DNA of 64,000 nucleotides from Squalus acanthias (Eukaryota): positions 18,416,001 through 18,480,000 of the forward strand of contig CM059433.1 in NCBI GenBank assembly GCA_030390025.1, in the 5' to 3' direction. Of this stretch, positions 1 through 12,985 are shown piece after piece (position 1 is the first letter of the stretch; the number at the start of each line of letters is the position of its first letter). Both the position numbers and the translations under genes were made by a program. The notes beneath the pieces were generated by a model. It ran no database searches. It was given only the letters and a program-made list of their open reading frames with translations, and was not told the origin of the DNA.

Positions 1-189
1 AGGGCTGTGGAGGCTCAGTCATTGAGTATTTTCAAGACAGAGAACGATAAATTTTTGGATAGTAAGGGAATCAAGAGATATGGGGATAGTTCAGGAAAGT
101 GGAGATAAGGTAGAAGATCAGCCATGATATTGAATGGCGGAGCAGGCTCGAGGGCCGAATGGCCTACTCCTGCTCCTATTTCTTATGTT
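1..189 (+). mobile_element. CR1 (HER1-like) LINE 3' end, cut by the window edge
   Basis: Tail gatcagccatgat...gaatggcggagcaggctcgagggccgaatggcctactcctgctcctatttcttatgtt, shared with the copies at 2070, 8748, 39563 and 48145. An inverted CR1 fragment follows at about 209-303. Confidence 0.85.
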
Positions 190-1383
190 GAATAGATGCA
201 AAGATTCGGCATCCACAGCTTTGAGGTAGCGAATTCCAAAGATTCAGAACCCTCTGAGTGAAGAAATTCCTCCTCATCTCAGTCTTAATTGGCCGACACC
301 TTAGGATAGGAGCACTTGGGCAAAATTCAAGTTTTAAAACCTCAGAATTAGAAAGTTATTTCTTCTCAAAATGAAACATGTGAATTGAATAATTTGTATT
401 CAATACGCTTTATTAATATGCCTCTGGAGTTTTCATTAGAAATAGATTTCACAATGTGAAAAAATACAACTAGTAACTTTTCTATTTTATTCTGTTCCTT
501 CCCCCTTCTTTGAAAAGCGGACGAAAACCAGCTGGGCTGGTTTTGTGCAGAGGATGATGGGAAACAAGCAAAGCGGCAAAAACATCCACTTCTTGTCAGA
601 CACATGCCTGTAATGATGTCAAAACTTCAGGAGTTCAAGGTGAGATTTAAAAGTTCAATTTTTGTGATGGTTACCTGAGTCTAGCCACAGACTGGATTTT
701 AGACCTGTGTACCAATAAACTCTATTTAGAGTCCCAAAGAAACTACACTTTCGAGTTCCTGCAGTAAATTTGGAAAGCGTTATTGATATGTCAGTCCACT
801 GATGAAGCCAAATCTACTGGGCCAGAGCATAATGAGTAGCCAGGTTAATGGCTCAACTGTGCCTACTTTTAGTCTCATCCATACTCAGTATTGATTAGTA
901 AGTGGCCTGTCTTTGGGGTCCTTGGGCTCCAAGATGACATACCTAGTTATAGGGTATTGAGATCTAAGTTGATCCTTTGTAACAGCGTCTATATTCCACT
1001 ATCTCAGCCAGGCATGCTCTCAGTACTCCAAGGCACTGTTAATAAATGACCAGCCAGCCTGGCTCATTAACGGGACCTGGGGGAGTCAACCTGTCACTAG
1101 GGACTGGGATTGTGCCCACTCGGCTCCAGATAACCGTGCAAGCTGTTGCTCTGATGAGCAAGTTGATCTTAGCTGGACAAGCAGTGAGATGTTAACTACT
1201 TTGCCTTGATGATAAGCTATGTGACTTTAGCTGTTAAATTTCAGAGGGCCCCTGAACAAACTTGGGGATCCCTAAGCCGTGGCAATTTGCGACCTGTACC
1301 CAATCCAAGTTATCTGGGATTGGGTAAATGGGGAAGTGTAAAAGAAAGCTCCCATTTAGCTGGATCTCAATGTAATTGCTCTT

Positions 1384-1544
1384 GGGCAGATGCGCAAAAT
1401 GGATGATAGTGAATTGGCAGCCCGTTTTAATCCCTGCCAGATTTTGTTTCTTTCCCATTGATTTCAATGAATAAGTGATTGGAACATGCTGCCGATTCGC
1501 TGACATCTGTTTTGCGTTATCGCCAAAGACCAATTTCCCCCCCC
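1384..1544. mobile_element. Degenerate palindromic MITE
   Basis: Arms gatagtgaattggcagc / gctgccgattcgctgac around a ccattgatttcaatg core; same family as 12986-13148. Confidence 0.6.
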
Positions 1545-1661
1545 TTGGTAGCTGAAGCACGATGGTAGGTTTCCAAGCATGTCGGCTAACAAAAAATATT
1601 CTTTTAACGTGAAATTTTAATAACTCGCTCCGATTTCTTTCGCTAAGTGCAGCTGTTCTTT

Positions 1662-1789
1662 GTTCGGACGAAGGGTCCGCACCTGAAATGTTAGCTTTTC
1701 TGTTCTTTCCACAGCTGCTGACTGACGAGCTGAGTGTTTCCAGTATTCTCTGTTTTTGTTTCAGATTTCCAGCATTTGTAGTTTTATAT
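1662..1789 (+). mobile_element. Degenerate Penelope-like terminal repeat (family A) with decayed hammerhead motif
   Basis: cggacgaagggtccgcacctgaaatgtt...tgagtgtttccag...tcagatttccagca aligns by eye with 54968-55106. Confidence 0.7.
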
Positions 1790-2069
1790 CCTTTATTTGT
1801 GTTCTCTGTAACAGTTACCAGCAGTTTGAGTGCTTAATGGGTGTTTTAAAAAGTCGATTAGTAAACTATCTTGTGCTGCTGAAACTGCTGATCCTGTTAG
1901 AGATCACAAGTAGTCACCTTGATATTTAGTGATCACTTGGGGACCTGTCCAGATCGATCACTATAACTAAATTCCACTGTAGTTGTTCTAAATAGTCTTT
2001 TACTGTAATATCATTTATGCATGTTTCATGTCTCATACTTGCTTGATTAAGATGATGGATTGGCTTCCT

Positions 2070-2367
2070 TGCCTGAGACTTGGGGGCATAGTCTCAGGAT
2101 AAGGGGTCGGCCATTTAAGACTGAAATGAGGAGGAATGTCTTCACTCAGAGGGTTGTGAATCTTTGGAATTCTCTGCCCCAGAGGGCTGTGAATGCTGAG
2201 TCATTGAGTTTATTCAAGACTGAGATAGATAGATTTTTGGACTCTAGGGAAATCAAGGGATATGGAGATCAGGCGGGACAGTGGAGTTGAGGTCGATGAT
2301 CAGCCATGATCTTATCGAATGGCAGAGCGGGCTCGAGGGGCCATACGGCCTACTCCTGTTCTTATGT
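2070..2367 (+). mobile_element. CR1 LINE 3' fragment (ORF2 C-terminus and tail)
   Basis: ORF GHSLRIRGRPFKTEMRRNVFTQRVVNLWNSLP followed by the conserved tail. Confidence 0.9.
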
Positions 2368-2639
2368 GACATGTGCAAGGTGCATTTATAGTCAAAGAAA
2401 CTACCACATGTCATAAGGTAACAGGCAGCCTGTTGTGTGCTTTCTTTGGCCTTGAAACACAAGTTTCCTAACACATTCAGAAGATTGTTCTCGCCATATG
2501 TTGGAAACTATGTAGTCATTCTTTTAACACCACCTTTGCTTGGGCTCTATTAGTTTTTGGCATGCGGCTTAAACATCATAATGGTAGCCATAAAGCACTG
2601 ACTGGCTTTGTAAATTTTCTTTTGGGTAAGTGCAGCACG

Positions 2640-2880
2640 TGGCGATGCTAAGCCAACAGGCCAGGAAGATCCCAGGTGTGATCCCCAGTCTGTGCTGATC
2701 TTGGTCATAGCACCTACAGGCATGGTGACAATTTGCCTCGATGTCCAAAGGCCAGATAGAAGGAAAATAAATCAGCCAAGGTTCCTGCTTCTGCTCGCAC
2801 TGCAGTGACCCCATGCTGGAAAATATGCGTGCCTAAACATTGAATAAAGACAGGTTTAGGCTAGGCTGTGATCTCCCCCT
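2640..2880 (+). mobile_element. LF-SINE-like relic
   Basis: ccaggaagatcccaggtgtgatccccagtctgtgctga...aaatcagccaaggttcctgct...cagtgacccc.tgctggaaa resembles the recalled LF-SINE consensus. Confidence 0.65.
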
Positions 2881-3017
2881 CCCTGCCCTGGCCCCTTCCA
2901 TATAAAACTACAAATGCTGGAAATCTGAAACAAAAACAGAGAATACTGCTAAACATCAAACGACATCAAACTCTGAAAAATATACTTTTTTTTTAAACCT
3001 GGCACTTTATCTTTTAG

Positions 3018-3101
3018 GTTGAATGTGCTGTTCATAACCCAGAATGCTGCAATGCATCTGATGCACCAAACTCATTCTCCATGGAACATGGATATCTGTG
3101 G
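3018..3101 (+). CDS. ARHGEF10: ARHGEF10 internal exon A (VECAVHNPECCNASDAPNSFSMEHGYLW)
   Basis: Acceptor ttttag| and donor |gtaagt; 84 nt, phase 0/0. Resembles recalled human ARHGEF10 VECAAYNPEP...SFSTAHGFLW. Confidence 0.92.
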
Positions 3102-3520
3102 GTAAGTCTGCTAAAGATAGGTGAGAATTGTTTAAACTGCACATTGAATTATTGGAAAATAGCATAATGTGTCCTCAATGTCCCAACTTGCAGAGCCATG
3201 CTGCAGAATTTTTAGGTAAAGCCTTATTTTTGTGAGGATTAATGAGAGCTCTAGCGACAAAATGCTTTATTTTTGTCCCGTCCCCCCCCCCCCCAATGAA
3301 TGCTGAGAGGATCTCCGTGACCGTGTTATCCATTGTCCAACATTCATTTGGCTTTTTTCAAACACTACTTCAGTCTTTCAGCCAACTTGTAGAATTTAGA
3401 TAAAAATGTCTGGTCTGGAAGCAGCTGCTTGTCATTGCAGCGATTGTATTTGAATGTAACTTCCACTGATTTGATTGTGGTTATTAACAATTGCTGTGGA
3501 CTGTTGTGCTACTTATAAAA

Positions 3521-6500
3521 TCATAGAATAGTACAGCATAGAAGGAGGCCATTCGGCCCATCGAGTCTGCGCCGGCTCTTTTGAAGAGCAATCCAGTTAG
3601 TCCCACTCCCCCGCTCTTTCCCCATATCCCTGCAATTTTTTCTCCTTCAAGTATTTACCCAATTCCCTTGTGAAGGCTACTATTGAATCTGTATCCACCG
3701 CCCAATCAGGCAATGCATTCCAAATCCCAACCAATTGTTGTGTTTAAAAAAAAGTTTTTCCTCATATCGCCTCTGGTTCTTTTGCCAATCACCTTAAATC
3801 TGTTCCCTCTTGTTATTGACCCTTCAGCCATTGGAAACAGTTTCTCTTTATTTACTCTGTCTGAACCCTTCTCTGCTCTATGCTGCTACTGCCCCTTTTT
3901 ACCCCATGGGCTTCAATTTTACTAACAAGCCTAATATGTGATACTTTATCAAACGCCTTTTGAAAGTCTATATACACATCAACTACACTGCCCTCATCTA
4001 CCCTCTCAGTTACCTCATCAAAAAACTCAATCAAGTTAGTTAAACACGATTTGCCCTTAATAAATCCGCACTGGCTCTCCTTTATTAGCCCATGCTTGTC
4101 CAAGTGACTGTTAATTTTGTCAGAGGCCAGTACCTCTGCAATTTCTACCCTTACTTCTTTCAGCAGCCTGGACTGGGTGACCTATTCACTTAAAGTACTG
4201 CCAGCCTTTCCTCTTTATCTATTTTTATCTCACCCAGTATCCCGGCAACCTCCCTGTTTACCACAGCTTTGGCAAAGTCCCCTTACTTGGTGAACACGAC
4301 ACAGAGTACTCCTTTAGGACCTCAGCCATGCCTTCTGCCTCCACCAATAGATCTCCATTTTGGTCCCTAATCTGCCCCACCGCTCCTCTGACAACCCTTT
4401 TACTGTTAACATGCCTGTAGAAGACCTTTGGATTCCCTTTTATGTTAGCCGCCAATCTATTCTCGTACTGCCTCTTCGGCCCTCTTACTTCCTTTTTCAC
4501 TTCTCTAATTTTTATATTCAGCCTGATTCGCCCTTGTATTATCAACCTGACATCTGTCATACGCCCCCTTTTTCTGCTTCATCCTACTCTCCAACTACTT
4601 CATCATCCAGGGAGCTCTGGCTTTGGATGCCTTCCCATTCCCCCTTGTGGAAATGCACCTAGACTGTACCCAAACCATTTCCTCTTTAAAGGCCGCCCAT
4701 TGCTGCATTACGTTTCTGCCTGCCAATCTTTGACTCCAATTTACACGGGACAGATCCCTCCTCAATTTGCTGAAATTCGCCACCCTCCAGTTGAGTATTT
4801 TTATTCTAGATTGCTCCTTGTTCTTCTCCATAACTAATCTAAACCTTATGATACTATGATCACTATTCCCAAGATGCTCCCCGACTCTGGCATTCTCCAC
4901 TTGACCCACTTCTTTCCCCAGGACTAGATCCTGCCATGGCTCCTTCCTTGTTGGGTGGGAAACCTACTGATCAAGAAATTTCTTCTGAGCACACTTCAGG
5001 AATTCCTCCCCTTCTCTGCCCTTAACACACTCACTGCCCCATTCAATATCAGTGCAGTTAAAGTCTCCCATTATCTCGACTCTATAGTTCTTGGACCTCT
5101 CACCAGTTTCTTTGCAAATCTGCTCCTCTATTTCCTTCCCACGATTTGGTGGCCTATAAAATACACCAAGTAGCGTAATAGGTCCTTTATTGTTTCTTAA
5201 CTCCAAACAAATGGATTCTGACTTTGACCCCTCAAGGACATTTTCTCTTTCTAGCACTGTAATATTTTCCTTAATTAAAACTGCTACCCCTCCTCTTTTT
5301 TTTTTCCCCCCTTCCCTATCTTTCCTGAATACCTTGTATCTAGGAATATTAAGCATCTAATCCTTCCCTTTTTTGAGCCAGGTCTCCGTTATCGCCACTA
5401 TATCATATTCCCACGGGGCTATTTGCGCCTGCAGCTCACCAACCTTATTAACCGCACTTTGTGCATTTACACACATGCACTCCAAACCTAACTTAGACCT
5501 CTTTGTATTTTCTATGGTCCCACCTAATTCTGTATTATTTCTAACTCTAACTGTCTCTCCCAGTCCACTGCAGGCACCTTGGGGGGGAAACTTGGCTCGT
5601 GCCAATAACTTTGCCGGGACGCTACTTTTAGTGCCCTGAAAAAGTTAGCGCCGCCCCCCCCCCCCACACCCGAAATTCAATGGTAGCGCCCCAAGCAGGA
5701 GGCGGGGTGCTACTGGAAGCACTCCCCCTCTCTCTTGGGGCGCTCCCATTCAATATTGCGGCGCCACGTGCAACAGTGCCACGTACGCTGCGGTACTGCA
5801 GGCCTCCCTCCCCTGATTAAAGGGGAGGGGCCTCGCGCAGTGCGCACCGGCGCCCTGCTGGACCACCGGGGAGCGGGGTGCCGACAAAAGAGCCTGGCAT
5901 TCGAGGAGTGCCGGGCTGACCGATCGCGGCCGGCACCCCGCAGCAGGTGGGGCAGGTGCTGGCAGGTGGCCCAGAAAAAAATGACCGCCTGGCACCTGCC
6001 CTTTAATTATCGCTGCCCCGGCCGCAAAAAAGCCACCCTGACTCTGTCGGACATGGCGTCCGGAGGTAGGTCAGGGGGCGCGAACCAAGTTTGCGGCCGG
6101 GGCGCTGTGCTGCGCACTGCAATGACTTCATCGCTGGAGGCGCAGCACCGCGGGGCGCTACCAGTTATCGTCGCCGCTAACTTCGCGCTGAATTTCACGG
6201 GAGGCGTTAGCGGTGCCGCGCCCGGGCGCTAGTTGCTTTGCGCTAACGGGAGGCACAAAGCAACCGAATTTTTCCCCCCTTTCTACTTTTGAATACGACA
6301 TCTTGGTACCCAGCCCACTGCCGAATTAGTTTAACCCCCCCGACCAAAGCACTAGGAAACCTGCCCGCAAGAATATTTACCCCAGCTCTGTTCCGGTGCA
6401 ACCCGTCCATCTTGAACAAGTTCCTCCTGCCACAGAACTGGTCTCAATGCCCCAGGAATCTGAAGCCTTACCTCCTGCACCATGTCTCTAGCCACGCATT

Positions 6501-6710
6501 AACCTGCTCTAGCCTCCTGTGTCTACTCTCACTAGCGCATTGCACTAGGAGTAATCCAGAGATTACTACCTTTTGAGGTTCTGCTTTTTAACTTCCTCAC
6601 TAGCTTCTTAAACTCTGACTGCAGGATCTGAACCCTCTTCCTCCCTATATTGTTGGTTCCGACATGGACCATAATCTGGCTCTTCCCCTTCCCCCGCAAA
6701 TGTTCTTTGG
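3521..6710 (-). mobile_element. Internally deleted, frameshifted CR1 LINE (ORF1 esterase, APE, RT and tail), interrupted by a MITE at 5581-6278
   Basis: ORF fragments IMVHVGTNNIG (SGNH esterase), CVNAQS...DIVAITETWL, GGVAVLIK...YRPPN...IMGDFN, LGNSDH (APE), and QCGFIKGKSCLTNL...DFQKAFDKV (RT). Confidence 0.92.
5581..6278. mobile_element. GC-rich non-autonomous PIF/Harbinger-type element
   Basis: GGGGG...CCCCC termini with a 3-bp TSD (CTT/CTT); inverted homolog at 52823-53465. Confidence 0.8.
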
Positions 6711-6794
6711 TTACAAACAATGTTGAATTATAACAATTCATTCTTTTAAGCAGTTTACTGTGTCGAGTTCTAGCCCCTTCACATGATGGGTAAT

Positions 6795-7450
6795 CTAGAA
6801 TCCCTGGAAAAGGTTCTGAGGAAGACCACTAGATTTTTTTTTTAACCTAATTTCAAGGCCCTTAATTACCAAGATAAACTTAGGGAGCTGGGGCATTTTA
6901 CTATAGGAAGGTGTAGACTTCGAGGAGATTTGATTGAGTTATTTAAAATAATTAAAGGATTATATCCAGTCCATGTGGATAGATTATTCAAATTAGATAG
7001 ATTAGGGAGGACCAGGGGACATGAGTATATCTTATGTAAGCACAGAACTAAGTTAGATGTCAGGAGAAACTTTGTTTCACCGAAAGTTGTCAACCTATGG
7101 AATAAGTTGCCGGCTCGTGCAGTGAATGCAGATTTGCCGGAGTTATTTAAAAAGGAGCTGGACAAATTCCTAAGCGTGGCTGACATCACTAAGGTGGGTG
7201 GGTTCTGGGGATGTGTTTCACAGTCAATCTGGCCTCCTGGAACTTGTTTGATCGACTTCAGATATTGGACAGGACTTTTCCAGAGTTTTTTGCCTAAGAT
7301 TTGTTTGGTTTCTCCGAGGAGATTGCATGGCTGGGCGGGGCGGGGCGGGGCAGATGGAGCTCGCTGTATTCAGAAGTTACACCATGACGGTATAGAATAG
7401 CACGACTGACCAGCTGAGCTTTTCCTGTCCTTTGTTTTCATATGTTTGCA
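6795..7450 (+). mobile_element. CR1 LINE 3' fragment (different subfamily)
   Basis: ORF RGDLIELFKIIKG...RTRGH...RRNFVSPKVVNLWNKLP. Confidence 0.85.
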
Positions 7451-7529
7451 TGTCAGAATAAGTAACAGTATCTGTCTTGCTTGGGGCCTTCAGCAGCTCT
7501 GTCCCTTATCTGACGTGCTCTCCCTTATA

Positions 7530-7821
7530 CAGGTTGAGCGTCCTGAATCCGGCAACCTCGGGACCGAGGCCGAGCCGGTTTTCGTGGTTTTTCCGGACTT
7601 CGGAATGTGTTCCTGATGTCCGAAGTCCGGGAATATCGCAACCTGGGCTCGGGCGTTTCCGGACTTCGGACATCAGAAACACGTTCCGAGTCCGGAAATG
7701 CCTGGGCCCAGGTTGCGGTTTGACAGGGTGTCCCGATTCCGGAACATTTTTACAGATTCCGGACGACCCTGCCACCAATCGTCCCGGATTCCGGAACTCC
7801 GGATTTTGGACGCTCAACCTG
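7530..7821. mobile_element. Tc1/mariner (pogo/Tigger-like) MITE
   Basis: TA|CAGGTTGAGCGTCC..AATCCGG ... CCGGATT..GGACGCTCAACCTG|TA; internal ttccgga repeats. Confidence 0.9.
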
Positions 7822-8747
7822 TATTACAAAATGGGTATCACTCGAAAGCCAGCATAAACTTAACTTGATCTTTGATTCAACACTGGTGAAGTAATAGCTT
7901 GGTAGTTGTGTCCTTGTGGTACACGTTTTTCAAAAAATTTTCTTGCTAATTACAAAGAAAGGCTCAAGCCCTGTCTGAGTGAAGATCATCCTCTGGTTAT
8001 CGTGACATTGACCGTATCCCAAGCACCATCTCCCACATCAGCTCTGAGCCACTGCCAACTTATTACAAGAGCTGCAGTGGACTCGTGCCCACTGGGAACT
8101 GGAATGAGTTTGCACAAACCTATTTCAGCTGGAACTCTTACGGGCTGCGACAGAGGTGATTTTCATAACACTGCAGAAAGTCAATCGAAAACTGCACCCC
8201 TGGGCTGAATTTTAGCCCAAGTCTTGCAGATAAAAGAACAATTTGAACCCCTCCCCCTCATCTTTTAAACCTCAATTAGTAGCTTTGCAAAATATTGTAC
8301 TGCATAATAATCTGAACGAGCTCCATTGCAGCATGACCATTTTCACAGCTGTTAGGAATAAAATTATGATGCAGAAACATGGATTTGTTTAGTGATCAGC
8401 TCTTGTTACAAATTCTCTTTGATTTTGCTGGTGAATTTTAATATTTTGCCATATATTGTACAAGCATGCAGGGTTTTCAGATGTTTTTTAATATTCAAAA
8501 ATGCAGGTAAAACTATAGATGATAAAGGCACTCCATTACAAATTACTTTCCTTTCTTTGTAATTTTATTTTATACGAGGAGACTGGAAATTACATCAATC
8601 TGATGAGACCGATCATTACAGATAACACTGAACAACTTAAAACTAAAAATTGTTGAATATTTCAAAAAGCGCTTGAATATCAGAAAATATGGTAAACAGA
8701 TTGTTCAGCTTTCTGCCATCTGAACTGTCTTAGGATCAGTAATACTA

Positions 8748-9372
8748 AAGAACATAAGAAATAGGAGCAGGAATAGGCCACTTGGCCCCTCGAGCCTGCT
8801 CCGCCATTCAATAAGATCATGGCTGATCTTGGGCTCAAAGCCACTTCCCTACCCGCTCCCCATAACCCTTCACTCCCTTATCTTGCAAAAATCTGTCTAT
8901 CGCCACCTTAAATGTATTTAATGACCCAGCCTCCACGGCTCTCTGGGGCAGAGAATTCCACAGATTTACGACCCTCTGAGACGAAATTCCTCCTCATCTC
9001 AGTTCTAAAAGGGCGACCCTTTATTCTGAAACTATGCCCCCGAGTTCTAGATTTCCCCACAAGGGGAAACATCCTCTCTGCATCTACCTTGTCGAGCCCC
9101 CTCAGTATCTTATGTTTCAATAAGATCACCTCTCATTCTTCTAAATTCCAGTGAGTATTGGCCCAACCTGCTCAACCTTTCTTCATAAGTCAACTCCCTC
9201 ATCTCTGGAATTAACCTAGTGAATCGTCTCTGAACTGCCTCCAATGCAAGTATATCCCTCCTTAAATAAGGAGACCAGAACTGTACGCAGTACTCAAGGT
9301 GTGGTCTCACCAATACCCTGTACAGTTGTAGCAGGACTTCCCTGCTTTTATACTCCAACCCCCTTGAAATAA
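8748..9372 (-). mobile_element. CR1 LINE 3' fragment
   Basis: LYRVLVRPHLEYCVQFWSP...QRRFTRLIP...RGDLIE, plus the tail. Confidence 0.92.
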
Positions 9373-9557
9373 ATACTGTCTTGTTCCTGACTTTCTTTAT
9401 TCCTATTGGATAATTTATCGAGTTTTAGTTGTGTTATTTTGTATAGTCTTTCCATTGACCTTCTGAAATTTTTTTTTGTAATAACTTGTAAGTAACGCAT
9501 TAGGTTATGAAGATACTCAAATTTGCAAATGACTTATTCTCCTGTTTGAATGAGCAG

Positions 9558-9781
9558 ATTGGAAGTTGCACCAATCAAATGGGACAGATCACCATAGTCA
9601 CACTTCATAACTCCAATCCAAAAGTTATCGAATGCTTCAATGTCGAGTCTCGTATACTGGCCATGGCGTATGTCCCAGATGAAGACAGACCAGAAGAATC
9701 TGATGTCTTTTCTGACTCTGAAGCTACAACTACAAAGGCCACTGAAACCCCAACCATCTGTCTTGGCATGGAGGAAGGGAG
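9558..9781 (+). CDS. ARHGEF10: ARHGEF10 internal exon B (IGSCTNQMGQITIV...PKVIECFNVESRIL...PTICLGMEEG)
   Basis: Acceptor gcag| and donor |gtgaga; 224 nt, phase 0/2. Matches recalled ARHGEF10 IGSCTHQMGQIAIV...PKVIECFNVESRIL. Confidence 0.95.
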
Positions 9782-12129
9782 GTGAGATATGCAAAGGCAA
9801 TAAGAAAGAATTGCCAGTAATTAAATATAAAATCAATCAAATATATAATATGCAGGATACACTGGGCTCCCGCAGGTGATTTTTTTTTCAGTAAACTTAT
9901 CAAACTGAATGTAAATCAACAAAATTGTGAATTCCTTATGACAGCAGATTCACCCACAAGCAGCGCAACCTCGAAGGAATATCAATGTGGTTTCTGCTTT
10001 AAAAAGATAGGAAAATACTCTAGTAATTCAGTAGCCTGTAGATATTTAAAACCAAAGTTATTAATTAATATTGCCATTTACCCACATTTTCTAATAAAAA
10101 TACTGCCAAATTTTACTGGCCTGTCATTTACTGAGGTGAAAGGGGAGGAAGGAATGCCTCATATTGATGCATACTAATCCAGTACTGTCAATTTAAAAAT
10201 AAAAGTTCCTCAGGGTGGCGCAACATCCTTGTGCCAATGTGCTAGAGGGGCAAGTTCTAACCCTTAAGCTGCTGAGGGACTATTCTCAGCTGGGAAGTGC
10301 TGTGTTCAGTGCATCTTCTAACTGGGAGATGGATCAATCAGAAGAATTGTCCCTGGGCTACTGTTCCACGCCTTCCAGTAGCTGTTTCACTGAAGCATTG
10401 GCAGATGTCCAGGAGCAGGTTAGCCTCCCTGTTGTTTTGACTGCATGACCTGTGGAAATCTGGGGGATGAGATGCTGGAGAAAATGGCTGAAATCTCTGC
10501 TGCACAGCAGCAGAATAACCCTGTGTGTTGAAATTTTAACAATAGTCCATCATCTTCTGGTCCTAAAGAGGTGTAATCACAGATTGGTGTAGATAATATC
10601 TTGTCCCAGCCTTTTTGCTGTTGTGTTAAAGTCCTGTAGTCATGTGCCCCTAGACAAGATTAAAATATTCTCAGCCAAAGTAACCCGAGAAATCCAAACT
10701 ATGGTACAAAAGGCTTTTGTACAAACAGTCCTTGAACACTGCAGCCTTGTTTTGTCTAGATCCTTCCTGTCTCATCTGAAGCTCTTTGACATAGTTCAGT
10801 GTAAATATGTGAGACTCCTAGATATCTTTTAATGTTAGGGAGATATATGCACTTTCTCATAGTGGCAGAATTTCTAACCAAGTACTTTTTCCTTTCTGTT
10901 CAAGTACTTTTTTGTTTAAGCCCCTCTCTCACATTTTGCAGCATTAAGTTTTCATGTAGCACTGGGTTTTTATTTTAAATAAATATTGAGTTTTTATCTT
11001 GTGTTGTGAGCTATTGGAAAATTATAATGTAATACAGGATTTTGTAGAGTTACGGCATTTATACAGATTGTGTGACACTATTGCACATGGTTTGTGCACA
11101 AATGTTAATTGTTATTACCAGGAATAATACTTATTAAAGTTTTAGTCCATAGACTTTATTCTAAGTATATGTATCTCAAAATATGTATTACAAAACTGCA
11201 GTGTAATATACACAATATAAATCTTGCATCTAGTGAGCTGTCGCACTTCAAACATGTCACACTTGCATAATTGGCTCAAACATCAGTCATAAAACAGCAA
11301 CAAATTACAACTGAACAAATAGTGAATCTACCAGTTAACACATAGCATCTTGGAAAAAAATGTAATAAAAGTGGAGAAAGAAAGCCCCTGTAATGGCTGT
11401 AATCTTCTGAGCTTGGTATCCTGGCTTTCCTGAAGGGGAAGTGTTATGGATTTACAAGCAGAGACAAAATTCCCATCAGCAACAGCGATTAGCCTCAAAT
11501 TGACGTCAGGATTTTGCTATTTACAGCATTTGGCCTTGAAGGCACAGGCACAGGCCATTGAAACATAGTTCCACTTTAGCGCCAGACCACTTTTCTCCAG
11601 TGTTGTTACTTCACGCCTGTTAGAAAAGGGCCCATCAGGTTGTAAATATTCCCCTTACGTTATTATATAATACCACTGCACATTTCATGGTAGAACACTG
11701 TATCCTCTGACTTACTGTGAACAACCCCACAGGTGATATTGCCAGTGATCAGTTGTGTATGGCATATTGGATAGCAGCATTTTAAAGATGCATTACCTCA
11801 TAGTGAAATTCAGCTGATTTCTTACTCAATTGTAGCCACTAGTCAAACTGTCAGCAAACGCATTGTGCACCAAAAGTTACCTGGCCTTTTAATTGGCAAA
11901 TCATTCTTCCCACCCCACCCAGCGCCCTCCACCCAAAAAAAATACTTCGCATTTTACTCGCAATAACATATGCTGACCTTCAGCTGCAGCATTCCACATC
12001 GCTTCAGTTTTGTGTGTGTTTCTTCCCTTTCAAGGCAAGACAATGGCATTTGAAATATGATTTTTAAAACTTTTGAATTCTTGATGTACTATACCACAGC
12101 GTGACTGGCAATTCACTCTTCGTAAAGTT

Positions 12130-12350
12130 GTCCCCGGTGTCGTGGCCAATACTTATGCCGCAACATCTAAAAACAGATTATCTGGTCATTATCGCATTGC
12201 TGTTTGTGGGAGCTTGCTGTGTGCAAATCGGCTACTGCATTTCCTGCATTACAACAGTGACTACACTCCAAAAGTACTTCATTGGCTATAAATTGCTTTG
12301 GGACGTCCTGAAGTTGTGATAGTCGCTACGTCAATGCAAGTCTTTCCTTC
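12130..12350 (+). mobile_element. Deu-domain SINE, 3' half
   Basis: Matches the 3' half of the full-length copy at 44020-44465. Confidence 0.8.
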
Positions 12351-12985
12351 CTTCGTTCGTTCTTTTCCTCCTTTCCCCTCTGCCAGTGCCCTCTGTAAGT
12401 CATCATTAGAAGGTGCATGAGAATGAATATGGGGGTGGGGGATGGGGGGGCGTCACTCCTCCCCCACCACACTGCCCATTCTCTCCAACGCACTTCCCTC
12501 TTTTCCCTCCAAACTCACTTCCCTTCCCTGGTGAAGTGGCAGGCTTTCATTCTTTGCCTGCCTCTGATAGCATACAGCATGATTGACATTGTGATTGACG
12601 TACTGCATGGGGAATTACAGGCAAACCGCAGCCTCATCACTGCCTGACACACAACAGCACAGCTCCAGCGTGCTACATCATTGATAATCGATCTTGTAAA
12701 TACAAACACATGTTCTGTATTCAAGGCAGATACTTCCTTGTGCAGCTTGAAAATTCTCCATTTCCGTCGACAAATGTTCAGATAAAATTAGAGAACTGCA
12801 TTCAAATGTAAAACTTTCTGATACATATACAGGGGAAAAAGTAAAGTTGTTTCAAAAATGATTTTGCTTTGACAGACACATTGCTGTGATTCTTGGGCGG
12901 TGGGGGGCTGACTGTAAAAAGGGGCACACCTGTGTGATTTTAGCAAAGGGCACAGCATGTCAAAGGAAACCGATGTAGACAGAAT

